Assembly (NCBI GenBank): GCA_048885925.1
Contig: JBHLLG010000026.1
Span: forward strand, 1-35,555
Length of the DNA: 35,555 bases
Origin: Candidatus Hermodarchaeota archaeon
GTDB taxonomy: Archaea > Asgardarchaeota > Lokiarchaeia > Sigyniarchaeales > SOKP01
Direction of reading: 5' to 3'
Part shown: in pieces, positions 1 through 9,666 of the stretch
Layout of the letters: each line of letters begins with the position of its first letter
How positions within the stretch are numbered: position 1 is the first letter of the stretch
The notes under the pieces: generated by a model
Told to the model about the DNA's origin: nothing
What the model saw: the letters and a program-made list of their open reading frames with translations, nothing else
The model's database searches: none
Program-made: the position numbers and the translations under genes

Positions 1-623
1 ATTACCAATTGCTTCGCGTAATCAAGTATTTTTATATCTGAGGGTATTCCTTCATTGTAATCATTTCTTATCATATCAGATAATCCTTCTCGAAGAGTAT
101 GAATTTTAATATCAATTTTTTCTCCATCAATAATAATAGAGTGAACTTTAGCTTTATTTTTTTCTAATATTTCAGTTAAATCAACGGATTCTGATTGTTT
201 CGGATTGAAAATGATTTGATACAATGTGCTAAATTCATATTCCTCTAAATTTGACAAAAATAAAGGTCTTAAATAATCGTCATATTTCAGGAAGAAGAGA
301 AAAATAGCGTCATCTAATGCGGTAGTGTATGCTTTATAATCATTTAAAGTTATATATTTCTTGTATTCCAACCGTATTTTATTGGCTCTTATCCATTCAA
401 ATGCAAAATCTAATAATTCGTTATCTTTAGATAATTTGTTCTGAAAGTAGGTTAATATTTCTGAAATTTGATCTATTGAAATTCCAATTGATTGATTATA
501 TAGGAATTTAGCAATAATTTCTATTGAATTCAAATCTTTATTCAAATTCTGAATCCGTTGAAAATTGGAATATAATCGGTCTTTCTCAATTTTGTAGAGT
601 TTATTGAATTGTATCTCTTCCAT
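1..623 (-). CDS. hypothetical protein, 3'-truncated by window edge (missing from ORF track)
   Basis: Manual minus-strand translation from ATG at 623: MEEIQFNKLYKIEKDRLYSNFQRIQNLNKDLNSIEIIAKFLY...LLDFAFEWIRANKIRLEYKK...DYAKQLV, open to position 1. Starts 30 bp after the stop of the 654..1748 ORF, with a purine-rich spacer. Confidence 0.8.
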   Translation of the reverse strand, partial: MEEIQFNKLYKIEKDRLYSNFQRIQNLNKDLNSIEIIAKFLYNQSIGISIDQISEILTYFQNKLSKDNELLDFAFEWIRANKIRLEYKKYITLNDYKAYTTALDDAIFLFFLKYDDYLRPLFLSNLEEYEFSTLYQIIFNPKQSESVDLTEILEKNKAKVHSIIIDGEKIDIKIHTLREGLSDMIRNDYNEGIPSDIKILDYAKQLV

Positions 624-653
624 TCTTTTTTCCTAACCTTCTAAAAATTATCA

Positions 654-1748
654 TTACAATTTACTATCAAGGGATCTATCAATATTTTGAAAAAACTCAT
701 CCGAATTTAAATTCCAATTCTCAAATGGATTTATCCTAGAATTTAACTCAATTACAGATCTTTCAAAATCGCTATTTTTATTTAACATGTAGCGTAACTT
801 TTTTTTATAAAAAAATAAATTCCGTGATTCTTTTTCTTTTTCATTACTTGGTATTAAAATCAAACCGTAACTTGTTTTTCCTTCTGCATCAGTTACGAGT
901 TCTTCTATATATATCACTACCATATTTGGACTACTAACTTTTATTTTAATAATATTTGAATATAGCCCATCTTTTCCAAACAAGCTTAAGGTTTCATTCA
1001 TCCTTTTTTCATAATAATCAGGTAAAATACCCATAAAATAGAATGAAGGGATATGATCTAATGTTTCTTTTCTCAATGGATCATCTAAATCGAATGTATA
1101 GAGATTAGACTCTAATTCTCCATCTTTTTTAGTTCTTTTAATTACACCTACAGTTGAATAAGCCATTTTCTCTTCCCAATAAATCTTTCTTGGAGATCCT
1201 AATGTATGTTCAATTAGGTTAGCTCCCCTTTCTAATTCGTCCTCTATGAACAAATTAAATTCAAAATCAGAGTTATAAATGGTTTCAGCAATTAATTTTC
1301 CTTGGATAATACTTGGATGGACATATCTATCCAATCTTTCATGTATCATTGCTATATCCTCCGTATATGGAGAACCTATAAATGTAAAAAGATTTGTTAT
1401 ATTTCCAACAGTTTTTTTTGATGAATTGAGACAAGTGAACGATTGCATAAGTGTATCATCGATCTTTGTTTTAAATTGGGGTGTTAATAAGGTTTCAATA
1501 TAATCTATCTTCCACTGTTTTTGATCATATAAATTCCTCGTCATGAATAAGGGTCCAAGGAATTTAAGTGACATTGACTTCAATTCACGAATTGTTTTTT
1601 TTGGTAATTCATAAGAAAATTTGATATTATCGTATACTAAAGTCTGTTCATCAGAAAAAAATAATCCTAACAGAAATTCAGACCCTTTACGCAACATGTT
1701 ATTGTTAAAATACGCTATTAGATATTTATATAATCTTTTTACATTCAA
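654..1748 (-). CDS. hypothetical protein (possible tandem longin-like alpha/beta domains)
   Basis: 364-aa ORF with globular composition. The true start may be the internal ATG (MLRKGSEF). No recognised catalytic motif; the fold suggestion is inference only. Confidence 0.75.
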   Translation of the reverse strand: MNVKRLYKYLIAYFNNNMLRKGSEFLLGLFFSDEQTLVYDNIKFSYELPKKTIRELKSMSLKFLGPLFMTRNLYDQKQWKIDYIETLLTPQFKTKIDDTLMQSFTCLNSSKKTVGNITNLFTFIGSPYTEDIAMIHERLDRYVHPSIIQGKLIAETIYNSDFEFNLFIEDELERGANLIEHTLGSPRKIYWEEKMAYSTVGVIKRTKKDGELESNLYTFDLDDPLRKETLDHIPSFYFMGILPDYYEKRMNETLSLFGKDGLYSNIIKIKVSSPNMVVIYIEELVTDAEGKTSYGLILIPSNEKEKESRNLFFYKKKLRYMLNKNSDFERSVIELNSRINPFENWNLNSDEFFQNIDRSLDSKL

Positions 1749-1940
1749 ATAAATCTTTTTATCTATACAACAAAATTGAATTCAAGTAAATTTATTATAA
1801 TGTGGCTGAATAATTGTGTTAATTCATTCAGATCTAATGAAAAAGATTATAGATGATATTTTAAATTAAAATCTAATTAAGAAATAATAAATACTATTAT
1901 TTTAATGGTTTTTTTAGTTTTGAAATGATAAAAAGATGTA

Positions 1941-2258
1941 TTAGTAATCAAATTCATTAACAATTTCATAATGTTGTGAGAATTTATCATGTCTTAAAAG
2001 AACATCTCGAGCTTTTTGAGGAACATATGATTTTTCATATTCTTTCCCTGCAAACTCTTTTACAGAATTTAAATTATCAAATATCATTATAGTAATAAAT
2101 TCAACTTCATTTTCTAAAGGACGTCTTAGAAGACTTATTTTTCTATATCCTTTTATGTTTCTGTTTTTGATGGATGGGAAAATTTCATTTCTCAGCAATT
2201 GCTCATAAGTATCCGCATTTTCAAATGAGGTCCAACCATGCCAGATTCTTGCTATCAT
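1941..2258 (-). CDS. antibiotic biosynthesis monooxygenase-like (dimeric alpha/beta barrel) protein
   Basis: MIARIWHGWT...EVEFITIMIFDNL..VKEFAG..YE...VP.KAR..L...D....HYE pattern typical of this ABM-like family. Confidence 0.8.
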   Translation of the reverse strand: MIARIWHGWTSFENADTYEQLLRNEIFPSIKNRNIKGYRKISLLRRPLENEVEFITIMIFDNLNSVKEFAGKEYEKSYVPQKARDVLLRHDKFSQHYEIVNEFDY

Positions 2259-2821
2259 TTTTATGAACGATTTAATTATTAATATTAAAAATTAATATGT
2301 CTAAAATATATATTCATAATCTTTAAATGTAATTAACACACATCTCTTCGAAAAATAAGAAGGATAAGAACAAGAGATTTTAACTCTGATATACAAAAAT
2401 TATTACAAATCTTTAAGTTGATTGAAAAAATCATCTTTTTTTTTCATTTTAGTTTTAAAATTTGAAGTTACTTTTTCATTTAAAGTCAAATTTAATGGTG
2501 GGTTATCATTCCCTTCACAGAATGGATAATCTTAATAATTAGTATCAAATTATTTATGATGAACCACTAAAGATAATCATTTGAAGGTTTCTTTGTATGA
2601 GAAAAAAAGTTCTTATAAACTTCAACTTTTATGTCAATAGTAATTTTTTAGAAAGAATTAATCTTTGAAAAATAAATCAGAAAGGGAGATAAAATTAATG
2701 CTTTATTAGAAAAGCATTTCTATAAAAACTATATATTATAAGAAAAACATCAATATCGTGCAAAAATGTAAAAGTATGATACTCCTTATATTAAAAGATT
2801 AATTAATTGAGAGGAAATATT

Positions 2822-3616
2822 TTGCCGAAAGTGAAAGTAAATGATATTAACATATATTATGAAATCCATGGAGAAGGATTTCCGCTCGTTATGATATTGG
2901 GAGCTGCTCAGAATATTTTTTGGTGGCATCATAACTTAATAAATAGGTTTTCAGAAAAATTTAAAGTAATACTTTTTGATAATCGAGGGTCAGGACGGAC
3001 AGATAAGCCTAAAATCGATTATTCAATAAAATTATTCGTTGGTGACACGGTTGGATTAATGGATGCTTTAAAAATTGAAAAAGCACATGTATTTGGGCAT
3101 TCTATGGGAGGAAATATCGCTCAAGAACTAGTATTTAATTACCCTGAGAAAGTTGGAAAACTTATATTGTGCAGTACAGATTGTGGATGTTCTAAAGCAG
3201 TAAAAGGTGATCAAGGCTCGTTGGTAGCAAGACAGTGGAATCAATATAAAATTTTTGAATTAGTTGATAGTATAATGGAAATCTTTTTTACAGAAGAATT
3301 TATTCAAAATAATCCTGAAGCAGTCAAAGATATTTATCAGAAAATTGTTAGAAACCCAATCCCGTTACATGCTTTCAGACGTCAATTTATGGCAAAATCG
3401 ACACGAAACGCATGGAGGAAGTTAAAAGGAATTAGATCTCCTACTTTAATATTGCACGGTAAAGAAGATAGGGACATTCCACCCCAGAATGCAGATATCT
3501 TAGCTGATAGAATACCGGGATCAAAAAAGATAATCTTTGAAGGTTCTAGCCATGGTATACATCTTGATAATGTAGAAAAACTTACTCAAGTAATACTTGA
3601 TTTTCTAACAAATTAA
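2822..3616 (+). CDS. alpha/beta fold hydrolase
   Basis: GHSMG nucleophile elbow, DNRGSGRT, HGKED acid, SSHG catalytic His. Probable start is TTG at 2822 (MPKVKVNDINIYYEIHGEG); ORF track starts at 2807. Confidence 0.92.
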   Translation: MPKVKVNDINIYYEIHGEGFPLVMILGAAQNIFWWHHNLINRFSEKFKVILFDNRGSGRTDKPKIDYSIKLFVGDTVGLMDALKIEKAHVFGHSMGGNIAQELVFNYPEKVGKLILCSTDCGCSKAVKGDQGSLVARQWNQYKIFELVDSIMEIFFTEEFIQNNPEAVKDIYQKIVRNPIPLHAFRRQFMAKSTRNAWRKLKGIRSPTLILHGKEDRDIPPQNADILADRIPGSKKIIFEGSSHGIHLDNVEKLTQVILDFLTN

Positions 3617-3650
3617 TAGAAATTAATTGGTAATGGACAAAACAAAGAGA

Positions 3651-5486
3651 TTAAAGATGGTCTAATCCAAGACTTTTCAATTTTTCAGCACTAGGCATAC
3701 CAGTTTCAGGATCGAAAGTCCTATACTTATAATATGCTTCTTTTAACTGCTGGAAATTTGGAGATTTTCCTGCAGAACCACCATCTTCTAATGGCTTCAA
3801 TAATATTTGTGGTAATCTATCGTCAGCAACAGTGAGACCCATTTTTAAATTGAACAAATGTTTTAGCATGTAAATCCTTTCACCAAAGATTTTCATGTCA
3901 TCAACAGTAAACATTAATCCTGTTACGGCTTGTGTTATTTCAGCAATTATAGAAGGTGGAGGATATAAAAATCCGCATATTATCATGGAACCAGTAACAG
4001 CGCGCAAATCTTGCGCACGTGCACTAGCAATTGCCATATCTTCGTCATCCTTGTATCTATCCATGTCATTGATTCCAAATTCCTCTAAAGGGATTCCTTG
4101 GAGGATGTTATACATGTCGCACGAGCAATGGCAAGGACCTCTAGTCGTCCCAATACCGTATGCTATTGCCATTCCAAAATTAGATCGTAAATCATGATAT
4201 GGAACTTCCATCCCGTAAACCGTGGCAATTTCATCTTGAGAAATGCCAAAATTCTTTCCTACTGCGTCTGAGCCTTCGGCTAATAAATTTCCAATCCCTT
4301 CTTTAAAAGCAATTTTCTTTATCATCTCAAGAGCGGGTTTCTCAACTCCCCATTTTGGTTCAAGACCATCAATATCATGTGATGTAATCTTGCCGTTGTT
4401 AAATAAATAATACACAAATGCAATCGTGCTCCCTGTGCTTATCGTATCAATTCCATAGGTATTACATAATTCATTAGCCCTAACTATAGACCCTAAATTA
4501 TCGTTTAAAATTAATGACCCAAAGCTTACGATAGTTTCATATTCTGGACTCGCAACTTCTCTTTCTGTTTTATATTCTCCTTTTTTAATAACTGCTCTTT
4601 TTGCACATCCAATAGGACAAGCAAAGCACGGAAAACTTCCAGTATGAATCTGCTCGGAAGCTGTAGATCCCGAAATGTTCAATGAATTGTCCCAACTTCC
4701 CTGAGTCCAATATTTAATTGGCAATTCTCCTAGTACATTATATATATCCAAGCCACCTGCAGTCCCAAGATACCTAATAACGCTCGCTAAACTAGTCTTC
4801 TTAACATACTGATGCACTTTAGCTATTGCTACCTTAAGAACTTCAGGATCAGCTGCCTCAAAAGGCTTTTTTTTCCCTCTAATAGTGATTGCTTTCAACA
4901 TTTTTGAGCCCATAACAGCACCCATTCCTGTCCTTCCTGCTGCTTTCTCTTCAGAACCTATCATGGCGTATTTAACTAAATTTTCACCCGCTTGACCAAT
5001 TGCCGCAACTCGAGTTAAATTTGATTCCGCTTGTTCTTTTAAAATCTTGGAAGTTTTGAATATATCTTTTCCCCATAAATTCGAAGCATCTTTTATTTCA
5101 GCGTCATTCTCTGTGATTCTTAAATAAACAGGTTTATCTGAAGCACCCGTAATGATTATTCCATCAATACCCGCCTTTTTAATCTCGGGTGCAAGAAAAC
5201 CACCACAATTCGATTCACCCCATATACCTGTATATGGGGATTTTGCACATACAGCAAATTTTCCACTTCCGGGAATATTTGATCCTAAGAATGGTCCAGT
5301 CATGAACATTAGTATATTATCGGGTGATAATGGGTCGGTATCTTTATCCAAGTGATCATATAAGTATCGACAAGCGTATCCCGTACCTCCAAGAAAATTT
5401 TTAGCAATTTCTTCGTTTAATGGTTCTTCAATTATTTCTTTATTACTAAGGTTAATTTTTAATAATTTTCCAATAAAGCCTTTCAA
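3651..5486 (-). CDS. aor: aldehyde:ferredoxin oxidoreductase family (W/Mo-pterin)
   Basis: KSPYTG.WGESN.GG, AAGRTGMGAVMGSK, CFACPIGC Fe-S motif, PEYET, GIDTIS, DDRLP; TTG start. Confidence 0.95.
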   Translation of the reverse strand: MKGFIGKLLKINLSNKEIIEEPLNEEIAKNFLGGTGYACRYLYDHLDKDTDPLSPDNILMFMTGPFLGSNIPGSGKFAVCAKSPYTGIWGESNCGGFLAPEIKKAGIDGIIITGASDKPVYLRITENDAEIKDASNLWGKDIFKTSKILKEQAESNLTRVAAIGQAGENLVKYAMIGSEEKAAGRTGMGAVMGSKMLKAITIRGKKKPFEAADPEVLKVAIAKVHQYVKKTSLASVIRYLGTAGGLDIYNVLGELPIKYWTQGSWDNSLNISGSTASEQIHTGSFPCFACPIGCAKRAVIKKGEYKTEREVASPEYETIVSFGSLILNDNLGSIVRANELCNTYGIDTISTGSTIAFVYYLFNNGKITSHDIDGLEPKWGVEKPALEMIKKIAFKEGIGNLLAEGSDAVGKNFGISQDEIATVYGMEVPYHDLRSNFGMAIAYGIGTTRGPCHCSCDMYNILQGIPLEEFGINDMDRYKDDEDMAIASARAQDLRAVTGSMIICGFLYPPPSIIAEITQAVTGLMFTVDDMKIFGERIYMLKHLFNLKMGLTVADDRLPQILLKPLEDGGSAGKSPNFQQLKEAYYKYRTFDPETGMPSAEKLKSLGLDHL

Positions 5487-5856
5487 TTCAAATTCACTTT
5501 GAATTTTTTAATATTTATAAATAAAATTAATATTTACATTCTTTTTAGTATTTATGACCTTTAGTTGAGGATGTTTTATGGCTAAGGGCATGAAGTTTTT
5601 ATTCATCTGAATATAGTCTTTTCTTTTTAAAATATAAATTATTTTTAGTTACCAATATTTCTCAATTATAATTAGAGATTTTAATGTTCTTTGTTAATAA
5701 TTTTAGGAAATTAAAATTTTTTATTAAACAAATAATGTTTAGGTGTGGGGATTGTTATTCTCCTTATCTACCAATATATATTACGACAAATAATAAATTA
5801 ATACCTAACCAATTTCAAAGAATAATTAAATTATATAAGATCAAATTAAAATTATC

Positions 5857-6740
5857 ATGAAAAAAAATCCTCTCATGTATAAATTAGGATTTAATCCTTC
5901 AGATAAAGTGGTAATATTTCACATTGATGACATGGGTTTCACATTCATCAAATGTCGCTTCTTTTAAGTGTTTGGATTTTGGAGTTGCAAGTTGTGGTTC
6001 TTTAATCGTTCCTGCTCCCTGGTTCTGGGAGGCTGCTGAAAAATGTCGAAAAAATCCCAAATATGACGTTGGTGTGCATTTAGCTCTAACATCTGAATAT
6101 AATTTGTATAGATGGAGAGCATTGAGTGGTGTAGACACTAATTCTGGACTTTTAGATTCAGAATGTTCACTTTGGCGAATTTCTGAAGAGGTAATGCAAA
6201 TATATCCGTAAAAGCAGCAGAAGATGAAATGCATACGCAAATCCAGACAGTATTGAATGTAGGTGTAAATATAACACTTATAGATTCCCACATGGGTACC
6301 GTAATGTCACCAAAATTCATTCCAACATATTTGAAGTAGCTCGAGAATTTAAAGTTGTTCCTTTTTTACCTCGACTCTCCAAGGAAGAGCTTTTAGCAAT
6401 AGGTAGAGGGGATATTGTTGATGTTTATGAGATTTTGTTTGCAAAGGTAGAAGAGAGTGGCTTACCTTTATTAGATCACGCAATTACAAATACTATGGGA
6501 GACACTCCTAATAAGGTAGAATATTACTGTAAGAAATTCTCGGAGATTCAACCAAGAATTACACATTTCTTATTTCATCCCGCAAAACTTAGTTTTGAAT
6601 TAAAAGCGATTAATCCTGATTCTGCTCATTGGAGAAACCTTGATTATGAAGCTTTTACTAACCCGCGAATTAAAAAATGTGTAGAAAAATATGACCTAAA
6701 GATAATAGGGTATCGAGAAATACAAGAATCTATGAATTAA
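5857..6740 (+). pseudogene. YdjC/ChbG-family carbohydrate deacetylase, three frameshifts
   Basis: ATG 5857 MKKNPLMYKLGFNPSDKVVIFHIDDMGF; shift ~5941 to HSSNVAS...VPAPWF...DVGVHLALTSE; shift ~6195 to AAEDEMHTQI...IDSHMG; shift ~6332 to VAREFKV...HFLFHP...WRNLDYEAFT, stop at 6740. DD, GxH, DSH and HP motifs are all present in order. Confidence 0.88.
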
Positions 6741-6923
6741 TATTTTAGATTTTTTTGCTTATCTTTCTATGAATATCAAATATTTTTCAAGAATAGATTA
6801 ATTTACACTAGAGAAGTTTTAAAGTGGGGTGTCATTCCCATATTTTTATCAAAAACTATTATTACAAATCCACGATTAAATATTATAATAATGTAAAGAA
6901 CTCTATGAGAATGATTCATATCT

Positions 6924-8267
6924 ATGGAGAAAAAGAAAGTTATTATCATTGGCGCTCTAGGGATGGATTTTCATGTCTTTAATACAGTCTTTAGAGACAA
7001 TGAAGAATATGAAGTTGTAGCATTTACTATAGCTGGAGAGCAAAATATAGGCACTACTGATGAAGCTGAAAGGAAATTTCCTGCTATATTGGCAGGTAAA
7101 TTGTATCCTAATGGAATTCCAATGGTCTCAGAGGATTTACTTGAAGATTATATAAAAAAATATGAAGTAGATGAAGTAGTTTTTGCATATTCTGATGTAT
7201 CCCATGAGGAAGTTATGCATAAAGCTTCAAGAGCTCTTGCTGCAGGAGCTAATTATCGATTAATTTCGGGAAGATTTACTCAACTTAAAGCTAATAAACC
7301 TCTAATCGCAATCTGCGCAGTTAGAACGGGTTGTGGAAAAAGTCAAGTATCTCGAGCTACATATCGTTATTTAAAGAGCAAAGGATATAAAGTTGTAGCT
7401 ATTCGTGAACCAATGCCTTATGGTAATTTAATTCAACAAAATGTTATGAGGTTTGAAAAATATGAAGATCTAGATACCTACGATTGTAGCATTGAGGAAC
7501 GTGAAGAATATGAACCATATATTAATCAAGGATTAGTTATTTATTCTGGAATAGATTATGAAAAAATAGTCAGAGAGGCTGAAAAAGAAGCAGACGTAAT
7601 TATTTTTGATGGCGGTAATAATGAAATTTCTTTCTATATTCCTGATTTGCTTTTTGTTGTTGTAGATCCTTTAAGACCGGGACATGAAAACAAATATCAT
7701 CCTGGAGAGGTTAATGCTAAATATGCTGATGCTTTTGTAATAAATAAAATGAATAGTGCTAAACCCGAAGATGTAAAATTCGTAGAAAAAAATCTTAATG
7801 AATTAAATCCGAACGCAATAAAAATTTATACAAATTCAGTGGTTAAAGCAGAAGAACCTTTAAAACTAAAAGGGAAAAAGGTAGTATGTGTAGAAGATGG
7901 GCCTACCTTAACTCATGGAGGCATGTCAATTGGTGCTGCGTATGTTGCTGCTAAAAACGCAGAAGCAAAATGTGTTGATCCTAGAAAATATTTAGTAGGT
8001 TCGATAAAAGAAGTTTTCGAAGATTTTCCTCAAATTACACAGATCGTACCTGCTATGGGTTACACAGACTCACAAATAGAGGACTTAGAAAAAACACTTA
8101 ATAATGTGAAAGCAGATCTAATCTTAAATGGAAGTCCTATTGACTTAACTAAATTGATCAAAACAAATAAACCAATTGTGAAAGTATCATATGATATTGA
8201 ACCAATAGGAAGCCCTACCATTGAAGAAGTCCTTGATAATTTTATTAATAAGTTTTTAAAGAAATAG
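6924..8267 (+). CDS. arcE: P-loop protein of the arginine synthetase (ArcE) / cyclic 2,3-diphosphoglycerate synthetase-like family
   Basis: DFHxFN..FRDN..YEVVAFT, FAYSDV, AVRTGCGKS (P-loop), PMPYG, EEREEYEP, DGGNN, YHPGE, VEDGPTLTHGGM, PAMGY. OTC, carbamate kinase and OAT genes nearby support the ArcE call. Family is secure; the specific function is inferred. Confidence 0.75.
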   Translation: MEKKKVIIIGALGMDFHVFNTVFRDNEEYEVVAFTIAGEQNIGTTDEAERKFPAILAGKLYPNGIPMVSEDLLEDYIKKYEVDEVVFAYSDVSHEEVMHKASRALAAGANYRLISGRFTQLKANKPLIAICAVRTGCGKSQVSRATYRYLKSKGYKVVAIREPMPYGNLIQQNVMRFEKYEDLDTYDCSIEEREEYEPYINQGLVIYSGIDYEKIVREAEKEADVIIFDGGNNEISFYIPDLLFVVVDPLRPGHENKYHPGEVNAKYADAFVINKMNSAKPEDVKFVEKNLNELNPNAIKIYTNSVVKAEEPLKLKGKKVVCVEDGPTLTHGGMSIGAAYVAAKNAEAKCVDPRKYLVGSIKEVFEDFPQITQIVPAMGYTDSQIEDLEKTLNNVKADLILNGSPIDLTKLIKTNKPIVKVSYDIEPIGSPTIEEVLDNFINKFLKK

Positions 8268-8290
8268 ATATTTCTTTGAGATTATCCCAT

Positions 8291-8312
8291 ACCTAAAAAT
8301 TAATTTTTGGGT
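8291..8312. terminator. inverted repeat between convergent genes (possible bidirectional terminator)
   Basis: ACCTAAAAATT/AATTTTTGGGT near-palindrome in the 63-bp gap between stops at 8267 and 8331. Confidence 0.3.
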
Positions 8313-8330
8313 GAAATAACATTAATTTAT

Positions 8331-8837
8331 TTATTTTTTAACCTTCTTCAGGTAATGAATATAAAGCACGAGTCCTACTACGAACAATCCAATATCCATT
8401 GACAAAGCTCCAAACCAAGTGGTATAAACACCAAGTCCTATGTTTACAGTATCATCAAAGAAAAGTGGTGTTCCAATATCATTTAAACCAATGAAGGTCA
8501 TTGGCCATCCGATGAAGTCTAAAATCCAGTGGCTAAAAACAACAAATCCTATAATCATGGTAATATTTAAGTTTACCTCTCTCCAATTTAATGATTTATA
8601 TTCCTTATTCTGTTCCTTCTTTGAATTTAAGTACATTGTGATAAGAGCTGTTATTATCATAGCAATAATTGACCAAATAACTGACATAAAAAGCCCATGC
8701 GAGATCCATACTGCAGATATAAATATAAAAGATAAGATGTCAATGAACATAGCGCTTATTAATAAAGCCCAAAGGGGTATTTGAGGAAAAAATCGCTTTG
8801 CTGCCAATCCTATTCCAAAATGAGCTAAACCAGGCAT
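8331..8837 (-). CDS. membrane-bound metal-dependent hydrolase-like protein (YdjM-like)
   Basis: AHFGIG, D in FIDIL, SHGLF and SHWILD His/Asp motifs; four to five hydrophobic segments. Confidence 0.75.
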   Translation of the reverse strand: MPGLAHFGIGLAAKRFFPQIPLWALLISAMFIDILSFIFISAVWISHGLFMSVIWSIIAMIITALITMYLNSKKEQNKEYKSLNWREVNLNITMIIGFVVFSHWILDFIGWPMTFIGLNDIGTPLFFDDTVNIGLGVYTTWFGALSMDIGLFVVGLVLYIHYLKKVKK

Positions 8838-8934
8838 ATAATATGATTATTATAAATTATTTATAAAAGTTGCTTGTTCCAAAAATTATTTTTATATTCG
8901 AAGATTTATGGTTGTATAAAAAGAGAGATTAAAA

Positions 8935-9498
8935 ATGGAAAAAACGAAAGTATTAATAGCCTACGGTACTCGCTATGGAGCGACCGCTGGTACTGCAGAA
9001 GAAATCGCTAAAATGCTTCAAGGTGAAGGATTTGAAGTAAAAGTTGTAAACCTTAAAGAAGGAAAGGTCAAAGATATCTCAGAATTCGAACTTGTTATTA
9101 TTGGGAGTGGAATGCGAATTAATATGTGGACAAGTAAAGCGAAAGCATTTTTAAACAAATTTAGCAGTGAACTCAAGAAAAAGAAAGTTGCAATTTTTGT
9201 GTCTTCAGGAGGGCGTGCTCTCCTAGAATATAAAGGAGAACATGAGGAAATTGATAGAATGACTAAAAAATATCTTGAAGATAAAGCTTCTAAATATGAT
9301 TTAAATCCAATCTCGATGACCATGTTTGGAGGTATCTGGGATTATAATCAAATGGGTAAATTTTCTAAAAAAGCCATGGATGAAGAAAGGGAAAATTTAA
9401 TCCCTGCTGGATTTAAAGAAACAGAGCCTGGAGTTTACGATTCAAGAAACTGGGACGAAATTCGTAAATGGGCAAAAGATATAGCTAGTAAGATTTAA
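8935..9498 (+). CDS. flavodoxin domain protein (HemG-like, Flavodoxin_5)
   Basis: IAYGTRYGATAGTAEEIA FMN loop, VIIGSG, FGG, D.RNWDEIRKWA. Confidence 0.9.
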   Translation: MEKTKVLIAYGTRYGATAGTAEEIAKMLQGEGFEVKVVNLKEGKVKDISEFELVIIGSGMRINMWTSKAKAFLNKFSSELKKKKVAIFVSSGGRALLEYKGEHEEIDRMTKKYLEDKASKYDLNPISMTMFGGIWDYNQMGKFSKKAMDEERENLIPAGFKETEPGVYDSRNWDEIRKWAKDIASKI

Positions 9499-9666
9499 AT
9501 CAACCCTTTTCGGACTAAAACAAATTAAGATCAATCTATATCTTTTTTTCAAATATTTAACTTAGATTTGTAAAAATAATATTTAATTCTAAAGTCTCAT
9601 TAAAACATCCATAGTTTGAAAAGATGTTCCTATTTTAGTAATCATAACTAAATAGAGTGAAAATTT

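Noticed and set aside
2400-2640. Possible decayed gene remnant on the minus strand (…DYPFCEGNDNPPLNLTL…)
   Set aside because: Multiple stops and no recognisable family; cannot be supported
5554-5610. Possible SECIS or C/D-box sRNA (ATGA hairpin; TGAGGA...CTAA...TGAAG...CTGA)
   Set aside because: No apical AA or correctly placed 3' GA quartet, no upstream + strand gene with in-frame TGA, degenerate boxes and T-rich guides with no evident target
5924-6740. ORFs 5924-6211 and 6435-6740 as independent genes
   Set aside because: They are fragments of one frameshifted YdjC/ChbG gene
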